Shown here piece by piece: positions 32,665-47,691 of a DNA stretch of 64,000 bases; positions within the stretch are counted from its first letter, which is position 1, and each line of letters opens with the position of its first letter. The stretch lies in assembly GCF_009914755.1 (NCBI RefSeq), contig NC_060931.1. One strand, given 5' to 3'. Source of the DNA: the human T2T-CHM13v2.0 reference genome, Homo sapiens. The notes beneath the pieces are model-generated. The model was not told where the DNA came from. It saw only the letters and a list, made by a program, of their open reading frames with translations, and searched no databases. A program made the translations under genes and the position numbers.

Positions 32665-33466
32665 TCAAATGTCAGAAACACACAGGAGAAGCAATAATGT
32701 CAAAAGTTTATGTATCCTTTTTCTACTTGGACAAAACAGGCATAGCCTAGTAACTGGCACTAAAACATTATTATTGAAATGAGGGGAGGAAAAGATAAGA
32801 TCATTTTCAGGACTGGTGTTAGGCAAAGGAAGCAAACTTATCTTTAATACCTGCTACTTTCTGTAGAATGGCCCCTCCCCAAAACTTTCTAGTAGAAAAC
32901 TGAATCTTCTAGGAACTGATTGTGGCTTTGGCCTCCTCCCAAACAATGGATCTGTCCTTTAACTGATCATTTCAGACCCTGCTTTCTGCTGATAATGACA
33001 ATGGATGATGATATTACAAATATTATCCTTTCAGACACTTTAACAGGGCCTCCTGGACACAAAAAACTGAAACCATGACTCTAAGGATTGAATTTCAGGT
33101 ACTGTAGTCCCTAGAGGAGCGGTATTTTTTAGTAGTAGGGGCTGTTGGAGCCCCTATATGCCACAGAAGCAGAGCCCCAATCCTAATTAATTTTACTACT
33201 AAAGAATCTTAAAATCTACATACACTCAAGTTCTATTTAATTTACATGTTATTGCCATTATGTTATAACCAACTATGCATAATTATCAGGTGGCAAACAT
33301 GATCCTCCTAACTAATTTTCCCAAAAATAGTTAGGGAAAATACTGAAAATCTTAGGCCTGGGCCCAGGTTCAGTCCCTTATAGTTCAGTGCAAAACTTAA
33401 TTTTAATATTAAAATTTTTCTCATGCCCTATATGCTTCATAAACAAAAGTGTCTCTCAATTCTTTA

Positions 33467-33622
<156 letters not shown>

Positions 33623-33954
33623 CTAAAAGAAAAAAATATATTTAAAAAGCAGGTTTACTCTAAGTATCAAATGTGAAATAACTAAAATACAACCTTTTTT
33701 TCATGTGTACATGTCTTTACCCAGTTCTCCAGATTTAAAATACTAGTCAGAGAGCAAACTCTAAAATTTATCAAAAAATAAAAGACCCCTCTCACCAATA
33801 AGCATATCTGAGAAAACTGTTGACAGAAAAAAAATTTAATTCTAGAAAAAATAATGCACTTAGTCTGTCATCAATCATTAAAACTTACCACCATTATTGT
33901 ACATACCTCTAAGAAAGAAAAAGATGCTCTAGATTATGAGAAGACATCGTCTGT

Positions 33955-34103
33955 TTTTCTGTTTTTGTTTTTTAATTGAGACGAGTGTCTCACTATGCTG
34001 CCCAGGCTGGTCTCGAACTCCTGAGCTCAAGTGATCCACCCGCCTTGGCTCCCAAAGTGCTGGGATAACAGGTGTCTGGCACCATGAGCCACCATGCCCA
34101 GCC
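33955..34103 (-). mobile_element. Alu monomer (FLAM-like)
   Basis: Single reverse arm. Confidence 0.8.
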
Positions 34104-35870
34104 ATCATCAGTTTTAACGCGCACTTTAGATGTTAATAGAGGATGATGAAATATGGTGTATCAAGATCAACTATAAAGACCCATACCAAAAAACTACCCT
34201 AAGACTCCCAAACTCCACTTGATGATCCAGTTATTAAAACAGCCATTAACTTGTAATAGTTTAAGGTAAAATGAAAAAAAAATGTAAGACATCCAATATA
34301 ATAAAATTCTAGGGATACAGAGTATTGATAGTCCATTAAAGTTTATGCCAAAAGGATATGTACTTATATGTAAAATAAGAACATTCTACAAAAACATAAA
34401 ATATTTCAATATTTAGATGAATGAGATGAATATCAAAGTTGACAGTGCTAGTAAAGATGATAGATGAGTTTTTATCAAGCTTTGGAAGACAACAGAGAAG
34501 AAAGAAGAATAGCCAATCAAACAAAAGTTAAGACAGAATAGAATAGTTAAGCATACAAGGTAAAGAAAGTTGACATTCATAGGAGGAAGAGCATTTTCAA
34601 TGAAGAATAAAAATGACAGCAGTTATAGATAAAGACTGGACAGTTCTGAAGTACATGTTTAAAGAGACTAATTCCAAGTGAAGACAAGTCTAAGTCTTAA
34701 GAGGCCTTTGAAAAGAGTATTGGTTGAAAACAGAATTTTAGAAAGATAATTATAATAAGCAGAATGGACTGGCTATGCCTGACTGGGAGGACACAGAAGC
34801 TCTTTAAAGGGTGAGATGGCGTAGGCTCGGCCCAGCACTATGATCATGGCCCACAGGTAAGAACACGCTGGGAAAGGCCACACACAGGACTAGTAGCAGC
34901 CAGGGAATGTGGAAAAAATCTCAAATAATCCCTAGGTAACAAATTTAGGACAACTGGAGAGTTCATAAAGATAACAAGTACCGTAGACAGACAAGGAAAA
35001 GAAAAAGTGGGATAAAAGGAGCATATAATTAAAATGCAGGTTTTAATGTATTCATATATTCAAATTCAAGCTTATGTACACACTAGAGGCCTGTTTTCAT
35101 CTCATTTCACTTGCACTAATCTCATTTAAACTAGGGGTTGATTTCTTTCTATCTAAGCCAAAATCAAGTGACACTTAGATATTTTGTCTTTTCAATCATA
35201 TCCACATCATCCTGCTCTCCAAAACGTATCTTAGTTACAATAAAGATTGTGTGCCTAATCTGCTTTGGTCAGCAAAATCAGACAGGGTCTGGCTCTGTCA
35301 CCCAGGCTAGACCAGCAAAATCCATGGGTGATTCATAAATTAATGACAAATTTAAATAATATATTCTTCCAGAATTTCAGTCTGTGAAAACATGAAACTT
35401 CCCTCAAGGTCATGCAATGTAATTCTCAAACTACACTCAAATTTATACAACTACAGAAGAGTAACTGAAGTTGAGACTCTACTGTACAAAGTATAAAAGT
35501 TACTAAAAACTTCCCCAAAGCAGGTTCACCAAGGACTTCTATCAACATTTTATTAGCCTTCCCACTTTATATATCAATTAAGTAATACAACTATATATTT
35601 TTTATTTAGCAATACAAGTCAAGAACACATGCTTCAGTTTCTCTTTAGCATTTTATTACAAAAGCTGCTGCGTCAGAGTTAGCAATGGAACTATGTTTCA
35701 GCTCATGTTTCACAAGCCCTATGAATTTTACACCATAATGTACATTATCACAATAAAATGCTACCTAAAGTTGTTTTAAATAATAAGTTCTCAATTAACA
35801 AAAACTCAAAGTCAGACTTAGATTACAGGACACTGACTTTTTTAAGGATAAGAACTATAAGCTTCATTCC

Positions 35871-36152
35871 TTTTGTTTTTTTCAGACAGGGTCTGGCTGT
35901 CACCCAAGCTAGAGTACAATGGCACAATCTCAGCTCACTACAACCTCCGCCTCCCTCAAGCCATCCTTCCACCTCAGCCTCCTGAGTAGCTTGGGACTAC
36001 AGACATGCGCCACACCCAGCTAACTTTTGTTTTGAGGACACAGCGTTTTGCCATATTGCCCAGGTGGATCTCCAATTCCCAGACTCAAGTAATCCATCTG
36101 CCTCAGCCTCCCAAAGTGCTGGGATTACAGGCATGAGCCACAATGCCCAGCC
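35871..36152 (-). mobile_element. Old Alu (AluJ-like)
   Basis: Diverged reverse dimer. Confidence 0.9.
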
Positions 36153-36398
36153 CATCTTTTAAATATTTTTAATCCTAGGTATGGTTACTGCTTAACACTT
36201 TTCCTTTGGAGAGTATAGGAAAAGAGTAATACTGCACAGGCCTTAAAAAAACTACCTTAATCAATTTTTAAAAATTACTTCAAGTGTTATTTTGATAGCT
36301 TTTTAGAATTTATACTGTCTTGATTCACCTTGACAATAAAATTATCTATGCTTTTTTACTTCAAATAAGTTATTATCAAATAAGCAGAAGATATCTTA

Positions 36399-36524
<126 letters not shown>

Positions 36525-36950
36525 CTAAAACAGAAAAAATAAAATTGACTCTTAAGAATAAAAGGACAACCTTAAGCTGTAGCCATCATATTGTAAAGAG
36601 ATGCTGCCTACCCAAATATTTAATTTTGAAAAAAAAGTCCTTACCTAGGACAGTAAAGTGGTCATATAAACCAAATAGGATTCTCTCTTTTCTTTTACTT
36701 AGGGTGCAAAAATGCTTCAAATTTTCCAAATTTTCAAAACCTCCAACCCTTCCCATACTTACCAATATCAGTAAGAATCAAAAACTGTACTTATATGAGA
36801 TTCAGCGATCTGATTAACTCCTCCATGCTTTTCCTATACATTTATTTCCTAGCTCATCCTTCATTTCTCTTACATTCCAACCACACAGAATAGTAATATG
36901 TATACCAAATAAGCCACTTAAATCTTACTTAATAAGAATAAGAAAACTTG

Positions 36951-37295
<345 letters not shown>

Positions 37296-37435
37296 TTATC
37301 TTCCTTTTTTAAAATCTAAGTGTCAATTGCTGATATTATCAGATGATACATAAATATTAAGGGTAATGGGTTTGTGTTTCAATCACAACAAAGTAAATTT
37401 AAGTCTATTCTGCAAAACTGTAATCTCTGAATTAA

Positions 37436-37665
37436 TAATATTAGCTGATTACTAAGTACTTTCTATGTGCTAGGCTATTTTAAACACATTACATGTCTTC
37501 TATTTAATCCTCATTACAACACTGTAAGATGGGTACTACTCTTAGCCCCCATTTTACAGGTGAGAAAACTATAGAAAAGAAAGGATAAGTAGCTTGCCCA
37601 AAGTTGCGCATGGTTCTCGGGCTAGAATGTAAACTCCAAAAGCCTGACTCTGGAGCCCCTGCTCT
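37436..37665 (-). mobile_element. MIR
   Basis: tttaatcctcattacaac...cccattttacaggtgagaaaact...cttgcccaaagt. Confidence 0.75.
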
Positions 37666-37733
37666 TCCCGCTCCTTATATTGCCATGATACCATATTGCT
37701 AAAATGTGTCAGTGCACATAGTCCCTTGAAACA

Positions 37734-37919
37734 CCATATTTCATACAATCTATGATGACAGCGATTTCAAGGTACATCATTATCTTCTGTATCACTAAGA
37801 AAAAATGCTGCCAACTAAACAAAGGTATAATCCATTCTTATCACAGTGATTCTAAGATGCATGTTGTTTCCAATGTTAAAATGTGAAAAATTTTGCATCT
37901 TTGATTCTCTGAAATATGG
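37734..37919. mobile_element. MER104-like Tc2 MITE
   Basis: TIRs ccatatttcat ... ctgaaatatgg. Confidence 0.65.
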
Positions 37920-38109
37920 TATAACTCTGTGCCTAAATAACCACAGCACTTTCCACCCTGTCTACGAATCCGAGATTCCTTAAAGAGTACTACTGCCCAG
38001 GTGTAAGTCCTCCAGAGCCTTCTCAAAAATATCCTAGACATACATTCATAATCCACAATCAATGAAAATAGAGCAAAAAAGAAGTGTAGTAAAATGAAAC
38101 TGAAAAATC

Positions 38110-38111
<2 letters not shown>

Positions 38112-38158
<47 letters not shown>
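38112..38158. repeat. (TA)n(CA)n compound microsatellite
   Basis: Direct reading. Confidence 0.95.
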
Positions 38159-38160
<2 letters not shown>

Positions 38161-38574
38161 TAAATGTTTAAATTTTTTATTTAAAATGTCTTAAAAATAG
38201 CAGAACTAGTTGTGGTGAAATTCAGAGTAGAAATCTGGCATATGGGCCACACCTGACCCTCAGCATTGGGTTGCATCAGGCCAGTGGGATAATCTCTCAA
38301 TCATCACAGTCACTGCAGCACAAAAATAATTCCTTCCTTAGTGGAAGTAAAGGTTTAAGGATGGAGTAGTTAGGAAGAACTGTGACAGTGATTCATCTAT
38401 TAATTTGCTTTCCAAAAAGGCAAAGATAAAGGTAATAATACTAATAAGGCTCTTAACTCGAGTAAACAAGAAGGTGTGAACAGTTTACTAACACTCCAGA
38501 GCCCACAATCTTTCCCCTTCCTGCTATTTGGCCTCTGATACAATCCTTCATCCATCCATCCAATAATCCAATAA

Positions 38575-38830
38575 AAACAGCAGTTAACATTTATTGAGCA
38601 CGTACTATGTTGCAGGCACTGTGCTAAGTGCTTGTATATATTATCTTAATTATTCCTCATTACAACCTTATGGTGTAGTTTTAGCATCAAAACTTCACAA
38701 ATGAGGACACTGAGGTTCAGAGAAGTTATACAATTTGTCTAGTCAGAAAGGTAGCAAATTACAAAACCAGGATTAAAACCTGGATTTAAAGTCTGACTGC
38801 AACACCCGTGAGCTTAATTAATTACTGCAC
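38575..38830 (-). mobile_element. MIR
   Basis: aacatttattgagcac...caggcactgtgctaagtgct...atgaggacactgaggttcagagaagtta. Confidence 0.8.
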
Positions 38831-38911
38831 TGTAGTTCTTGCCCTTGCAATGCTCATGGGGTAAAATAACAATTACAGCCATGCAGTATTTACTATATAA
38901 AACAGAGACAT

Positions 38912-39214
38912 GGCTGGGCACAGTGGCTCAAGCGTATAATCTCAGCACTTTGGCAGGCCAAGACGGGCAGATCGCTTGAGCCCAGAAGTTCAAGACCAGC
39001 CTGGGCAACATGGGGAAACCCTGTCTCTACTAAAAACACACAAAAAATTAGCCCAGCAAGGTAGCACGTGCCTGTAGTCCCAGCTACTTGAGGGGCTGAG
39101 GTGGGAGGATCACTTGAGCCTGGGAGGCAAAGGCTGCAGTAAGTTGTGATCAGCACCACTGCACTCCAGCCTGGGTGACGACGGGAGACCCCGCCTCAAA
39201 AAAAAAAAAAAAAA
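38912..39214 (+). mobile_element. AluJ
   Basis: Dimer, TSD aaaaYagagacat. Confidence 0.92.
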
Positions 39215-40595
39215 GAAAATAGAGACATAATGTAATAGGAGCATCTCCTCCAACAACAACTTATTAATACTACCAAGTCTTCTTTCCTTCTTTCTACTTA
39301 ACTGGGTAAATTTGGGGGTGGAGGTGCTTATAATTACCGAATATACTGAATATAATTACTGATACTGATAGTATCAAATACTATCCAGTGACTTAAAGTA
39401 CAAAACAATTTTCATTTCTTAAAAAAAAAAAATTCCGATTTTTTTAACATTTGGCAGGAATAAATTAATTCTGTGGCTTCTGAAGGAAGAAGTGCTTTGA
39501 AAGCTTAATGGGGAGTGGGCTGCCTCTCCGACTGACTTATTCACCTGCTTTAACACCTAACTCCAAAGTCGCACATAAGGGTTAGAGAATGAGTTTTCAA
39601 CTATGACAAAGAAGGAGCATTGGCTTTGCTTCATCTATGGTTGCTCTAGTGATACAGCAAATACTCTGCAAATTCTGAATGAAGTCAGCTGATTTTTCCC
39701 ATTAACAGAAAGAACTTATGGAAGCACAGAAAATATTAAGGCACAGGCTGCAGCACTACGTACTACTTCCAGTCCCATACCTCTGTCATACCCCAGTATC
39801 CCATCGCCTCAGTTCTGAGTCATGCGAGAGTCACTAAGAGACAAGAAATAAGCTCTCTGAGGGCAAAAGCAGCTGAGCCAAGTGTGGCTTCACCTCTGTC
39901 TTGAAACGATACTCAGCACAGTGTCTCAAAAAAACAGTAGGCACTCAAAAAATGTTTCTGGAATGAACAGACTACACTTGATGATTTTCTCTAATGGAGA
40001 CTTCAATTTCTGTTTCAAGCTAAGAGAGCACCTATTTAGAAAACTGATGGTCTACCCCCACCTCACTGTATTTCTAGTATCTAGAAACCTATCCCATTCT
40101 TTACTATTAACCGTAACTAACAACCATATTCCTTTCATTTATGAAATATTCAAATGCAAAAGCATTTGTTGGTGAAAACAAACGTGGGATTCTTATTTAT
40201 TGACTTACAGAAAAATTACTCAAAAATCCCAGTTACTTACCAGCAACTTATTTTTCTTTGAAAATGTATCATCCTTGACAGTTTACATAATTAAGTCTCA
40301 TGTCACTCAGAGTAGTGAAAAGAATTTTTACCTCATGGGTCTCCACATTTCACCTGGTCAGAGCCATGTGTCCTGGACTCAGGAACTTACTAGGAGACCT
40401 TTATCAACAAATTAGATTCTCTAATTCCAGTTCCAACTTGAGGATCACACAAGGAAGTTAGAGATGATTCATCATCAATGGTTTAAAAAAAAAGGGGATG
40501 GGGGGGACTAGAATCATTACCAAGGATGCTACATTTTCAGAGAAACACAGCTTACTGGTAAGTAACCAGGTTCCTCTGAGGATGGATAGACTTAC

Positions 40596-40774
40596 ATCAA
40601 CCAGCTGGTACAATAGGCGACTGTGTGGCTGGACCACTGGGAGCTGGAGAGGGAAGTCAAGCCAAAAATAGTAGTTGTAGGAGTACACAACCAAACTGAG
40701 ACTCTTGGCAGAAGGCTGGTTCCAAGTAAAAACTGTGTTATGGAAAATCGTAGAGGGAAGAGCAGGTGAATGGC
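40596..40774 (-). other. EZH2: Candidate 179-nt frameshifting cassette exon in EZH2 intron 3
   Basis: Acceptor tttctttcccttccctgcag| and donor GAT|gtaagt. Confidence 0.55.
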
Positions 40775-40794
40775 CTGCAGGGAAGGGAAAGAAA

Positions 40795-40910
40795 TTAACA
40801 CACCCTACTATGTGCCAAGCACTGTGCTAGAGACTTTACCAAAGTTAGCTTCTTTAAATTTCACAACTACCCTGTGAGGTAGGTATGACTCCCCATTTTA
40901 CAGTGGACAT
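40795..40910 (-). mobile_element. MIR fragment
   Basis: ctactatgtgccaagcactgtgcta...ccctgtgaggtaggt...cccattttaca. Confidence 0.75.
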
Positions 40911-41836
40911 CCCAAAGACAACAGCCATGGCCGTCCTGCCTCTGAATAATCTTTAACATGAGAAAGGCTAAGTCCAACTTCCATATAGTAGGGGAAAACA
41001 TACAATCAATTAGCCAAGTAAAAAATATTCTCAGATACTGGTTGGTCCATTTATTTCATGCCAGAGACATAGTAAACTGTTGACATTGTCTAACATCCTG
41101 TAGCCTTTCCATGTGACAACAGCGAGGAAGGTGCAGGAAGGTCGGCACTCCAGGAAAGGAAGAGTCAGAAGAAAGCATCAGCTGTCACCAAGTCTAGAGA
41201 AAAGCTGGGGGTGATTTCTGAAACTACCCTATATTCTGCAGGACTTGAGGAAAGAAAAGATAACACGCCCAAGTTTTAAATTAGCTAGCCCTTCTGGTGA
41301 AAATGACCGTGTATATAATTTAAGTTCAGGCTACTTTTATGCAAAGTAAGTACTGAAGAAAAACTGCAATGAGATAAATAGCAAATTTGGATAAAGTAAA
41401 GAGAAGCTCAATAATGGAAGTGAATTCATAATCAGGTTGAGAAGGCAAAATAGGAGAAGGGAGATTGAAGACGACACTTGAAAAGAAATGAGTCGCTCCA
41501 ACAGGAGAGAGGCAGAAACAAAAACGGAAGAAAAAACCCCATTAAGATATTGACACAGATGTATTTAATGAAAGCAACTAATCAAGTGTTGGAGTTAAGA
41601 AATGAAAAAGAGTAATTCATATCAGATTGTAAATTATTTCAGTTTGTGTTGTTCAGTATTTGTTACAGACCAATTCCACATTGGGTGAAGAACCTCTACC
41701 CTACAACACAAGGGTATTTGCTTCTCAGTTCACTTTTATCCTGTAATTAACGGTTTCTACATTCCAAGGGGCGGGGAATGATAACACAGCATTTAACATA
41801 GGACATTTGGAATACAGTATCGGGAAGTTTAGACTC

Positions 41837-42119
<283 letters not shown>

Positions 42120-42544
42120 TGAAAGGAATCACAAACATGCAAACCTACTTAATCCTAGGTTAAAATCCTGAAGGGCTGTTAAGGTAAATCATTCCCTCAT
42201 CTGCAGCTTTGCGGAAAAACTCCAGTTTTGCTAAGTACTGGAGATCAGAAACAGAATAATCATCACAGGTAGTAAGCACTCAAAAAAGTACATGAAGCAG
42301 GTAACAAGAGTGATGTTCATCCACCACATGTAAATTCAAATTTCTAATTCAATAACAGTCCTGTGAGTAGAAAAAAGAACAATTTCTGTCATTGGGGGAA
42401 AAATCAACTAAAATGGAACAGAGAGTATTATATAAATCTATAGTTTATATAGGCTGTGGCAGTAAAATTGTTTTGAAGCCTTGCTTAAATCAGTGGATCT
42501 GGGTTTAATACTACAAAGTAGTAGAGGTTCAAGTGAGTGGGCAA

Positions 42545-42889
42545 GACCAGGCGCAGTGGCTCAGGCCTGTAATCCCAGCACTTTGGGAGGCCAAGGTGGG
42601 CGGATCACTTGAGGTCAGGAGTTCAAGACCAGCCTAGCCAACATGGTGAAACCCTGTCTTTACTAAAATACAAAAATTAGCCAGGTGTGGTGGTGCATGC
42701 CTGTAGTCCCAGCTGCTCTGGAGGCCAAGGCACAAGAATAGCTTGAACCCAGGAGGCAGAGGTTGAGGTGAGACAAGATGACGCCACTGCACTCCAGCAT
42801 GGGTAATAGAGCAAAACTCTGTCAAATAAGGAAGGAAGGAAGGAAGGAAGGAAGGAAGGAAGGAAGGAAGGAAGGAAGGAAGGAAGGAA
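42545..42889 (+). mobile_element. AluS with (GGAA)n tail
   Basis: TSD aagtgagtgRgcaaga at 42531-42546 and 42889-42904. Confidence 0.93.
42830..42889 (+). repeat. (GGAA)15 perfect microsatellite
   Basis: 15 uninterrupted units counted. Confidence 0.97.
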
Positions 42890-43089
42890 AGTGAGTGAGC
42901 AAGATGGCACAGGCTGTGGTTTCTGAAGGGAAACACTTCAGGTCTTGCTCGAGTGGTAGAACTGCCCAGGAAACCACCAACCAAGAAGGCTGATTCTGCT
43001 GATCTTCAAAAACAAGTTTACAACTGCCCCTCACTATTCATTAATTACTCAGTAAATAGTGTTGAAACAACCAGGAAACTAAAAAGAAC

Positions 43090-44140
<1,051 letters not shown>

Positions 44141-46564
44141 TTGGACAGAGGTTGTAAAGTGATGGCCCAAAATGGAAAGGATGTATATCTGGCCAATAAT
44201 TTTTAAAAATAAAATATTATTAACCTCCTAGTATATATAGAAAATGAAATCTGAAAGAATAAAAGCCAGAGCAGTTGGACTACAGGGACTTTTGCTTTCT
44301 GTTTTACCTATTTCTGTGTTATCTAAATTTTTACAATAATCATTTTACAATGATCTGTTCAGTGGAGAGAAAAAGATAAAACTTTTAAACTAGTTTCATT
44401 AGCCCAACAGGTAGTCACATTAGCTAGTATAAAACTGCCTTGTTGGGTAGCTTATGAAATCTGCCCAGCCTTTCCAAAATGTTACTCAAGTGATATTCTT
44501 TTATAAAATCTGCTAAGAGAAGGTAAGACAGAATCCTAAGGAGTAAATTTAAGTCAATCCCTATTATAAAGCTAAATTATGGCAAAAGTCCTCGGTCTAA
44601 TGCAATTTTCTTGTTTCTTCAGAGAATAAAACAATTTCTAACATTCCAGATTAACCAAGCACTTTTGTTTGTTTGGATTTGTTGTTTTATTTTTAAATAG
44701 TTGTCAGAACTCGGTTTTGCATTTGGGGAAGATACATGATCTTTATAACAATAATTTATAAAACACAAACTATATATACAATATTCTAGGAGAAAAACTA
44801 CAAATGAAAAGCAACTTCTGCTAGTTTTATTAGTTGCCTAAATTTGACTTTTTAAAATTCACCTTTTAAACTGAAGATATATAATCAAATTTAAAATATA
44901 AACATAATAAATGACATGTATTTAATATATGATGCTATATGAACTCAAATATCACAAATGACCTTTTTTTTTTAAGCTAACCCTTTGGAAAAGCATAAAA
45001 TGCTTATATTAGTTTCTGCTCACAAGAAAAAAAAAATCCTTATATGATCATTTAAGAAATGTTACATCTATTTCAGCCTAAATAAAGCCAGAAAGAAAGC
45101 AAAGGCTGCATGGATTTACAAGTTATACAGGTGGGAATGACTGACAGTTAACCTAACAAGACTCAACTCTCCAAGTAAATACCAATAATAGTTAAAAGAG
45201 GCAAGGAGCTACAGAAAGCAACTCAGAGACCACTTCCTTGAGGCAATAAGAATGAGTGTATATGTTCAGACTAAGAGTAAGACAGACACTTGAAGAGCCA
45301 TCCACTTAATTTAAAGACATGAGAAAAGTGACCAGCTTTCTGCCATATTTGCTCAAAAGGTTCATGAGAATCTAAACCTATAGGGCCTATAATCCTGCAA
45401 TGTATAAAGAAACCATGTTACTACACTCAAAGAATGTATCTGAGTAAAGTACACTAAATTATACATGAAATACACTAGGATATTATTTTTTCTTTGTAAA
45501 CAGTGACTAAATTTTCATTTACAATTAACTGAAGGAACTTCATTACTAAATCAATAAAAAATGCAATCGAGTGTTTACATGTAACAGGTATTTTTCTTCT
45601 CCTTCAACAAAAATGTTAAGTCCAAACTGCCAACATACAAAATAATTTACACATTATTTTGATAGAAGCTTCTCCCCCCAAAAAAATCTGCTAATATCAA
45701 ATGCTAAGCAATGAACTTAAAATCATTTCAAATATTACTATGAAGAGCAAATCTGTAAATATTTAAAAGTCCAAAAGTTTTTAAATTCTTCATACGAGGA
45801 CCGTGATCCCCTTCTGATGCTGCTTCTATTAGACATTCTGAAGCCCCAAGAATATACACCATATTCTCTCTTTTCATTAGTAAACAAGATACAAAACTCT
45901 TACAAGAACATTATATTCTCCTGGGAATCTAGAAATGTATATTGGCAAGATGGATTAAATTACTAAACTAATCATACCATTTGCCCAGAAGACAGGCACT
46001 ATCTAAGCAAACTTCTCTTTCAGTCATAACACATACAGTAGAAAACATTTTGATATGAAGTCAGTGAAGGAGAAGTGTCTTGTGATTATCAGCAAGAAAT
46101 GGGCAGATGTACGAAAAAGAAATACATTAATGAGAACCTCAAGAGTAACTCTTAAACCAGTTTCTTCATTAAAAATGGAAAAAGAGACACAATGAAGAAT
46201 ATAACTACCAATATGAAGACCTACAGAACATAGTTATTACTGGTTGACAAGACAAAGTTATGAAAGTCACCTAGTAACAATTTCTTGACTAACAGTGACA
46301 TATTATGGGAATAAAATGTACATCCCTTGACCTATATGTATTGATTAATGACAGTGTGAAGCTGGATGCTTCTTTAAAAGATTAACTTAAGAATAAAAGA
46401 AATAAACGTAAAACAGATATAGTCACTGTCTTCAAAAAGTCAGAAGTGTTTTTTAAAAGTAAACACATTCTGTATTAAAATTCTATGAACAATAATGCTT
46501 AGGTTCTATAATCTCAAAAACAAAAAAAAAAGAGTTGCCCTAAAGTATCTTAAAAACACATTAA

Positions 46565-47165
<601 letters not shown>

Positions 47166-47179
47166 ACCACACACAGTAA

Positions 47180-47691
<512 letters not shown>

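Noticed and set aside
42634-43034. ORFs with (SFLP)n repeats
   Set aside because: Translation of (TTCC)n plus Alu
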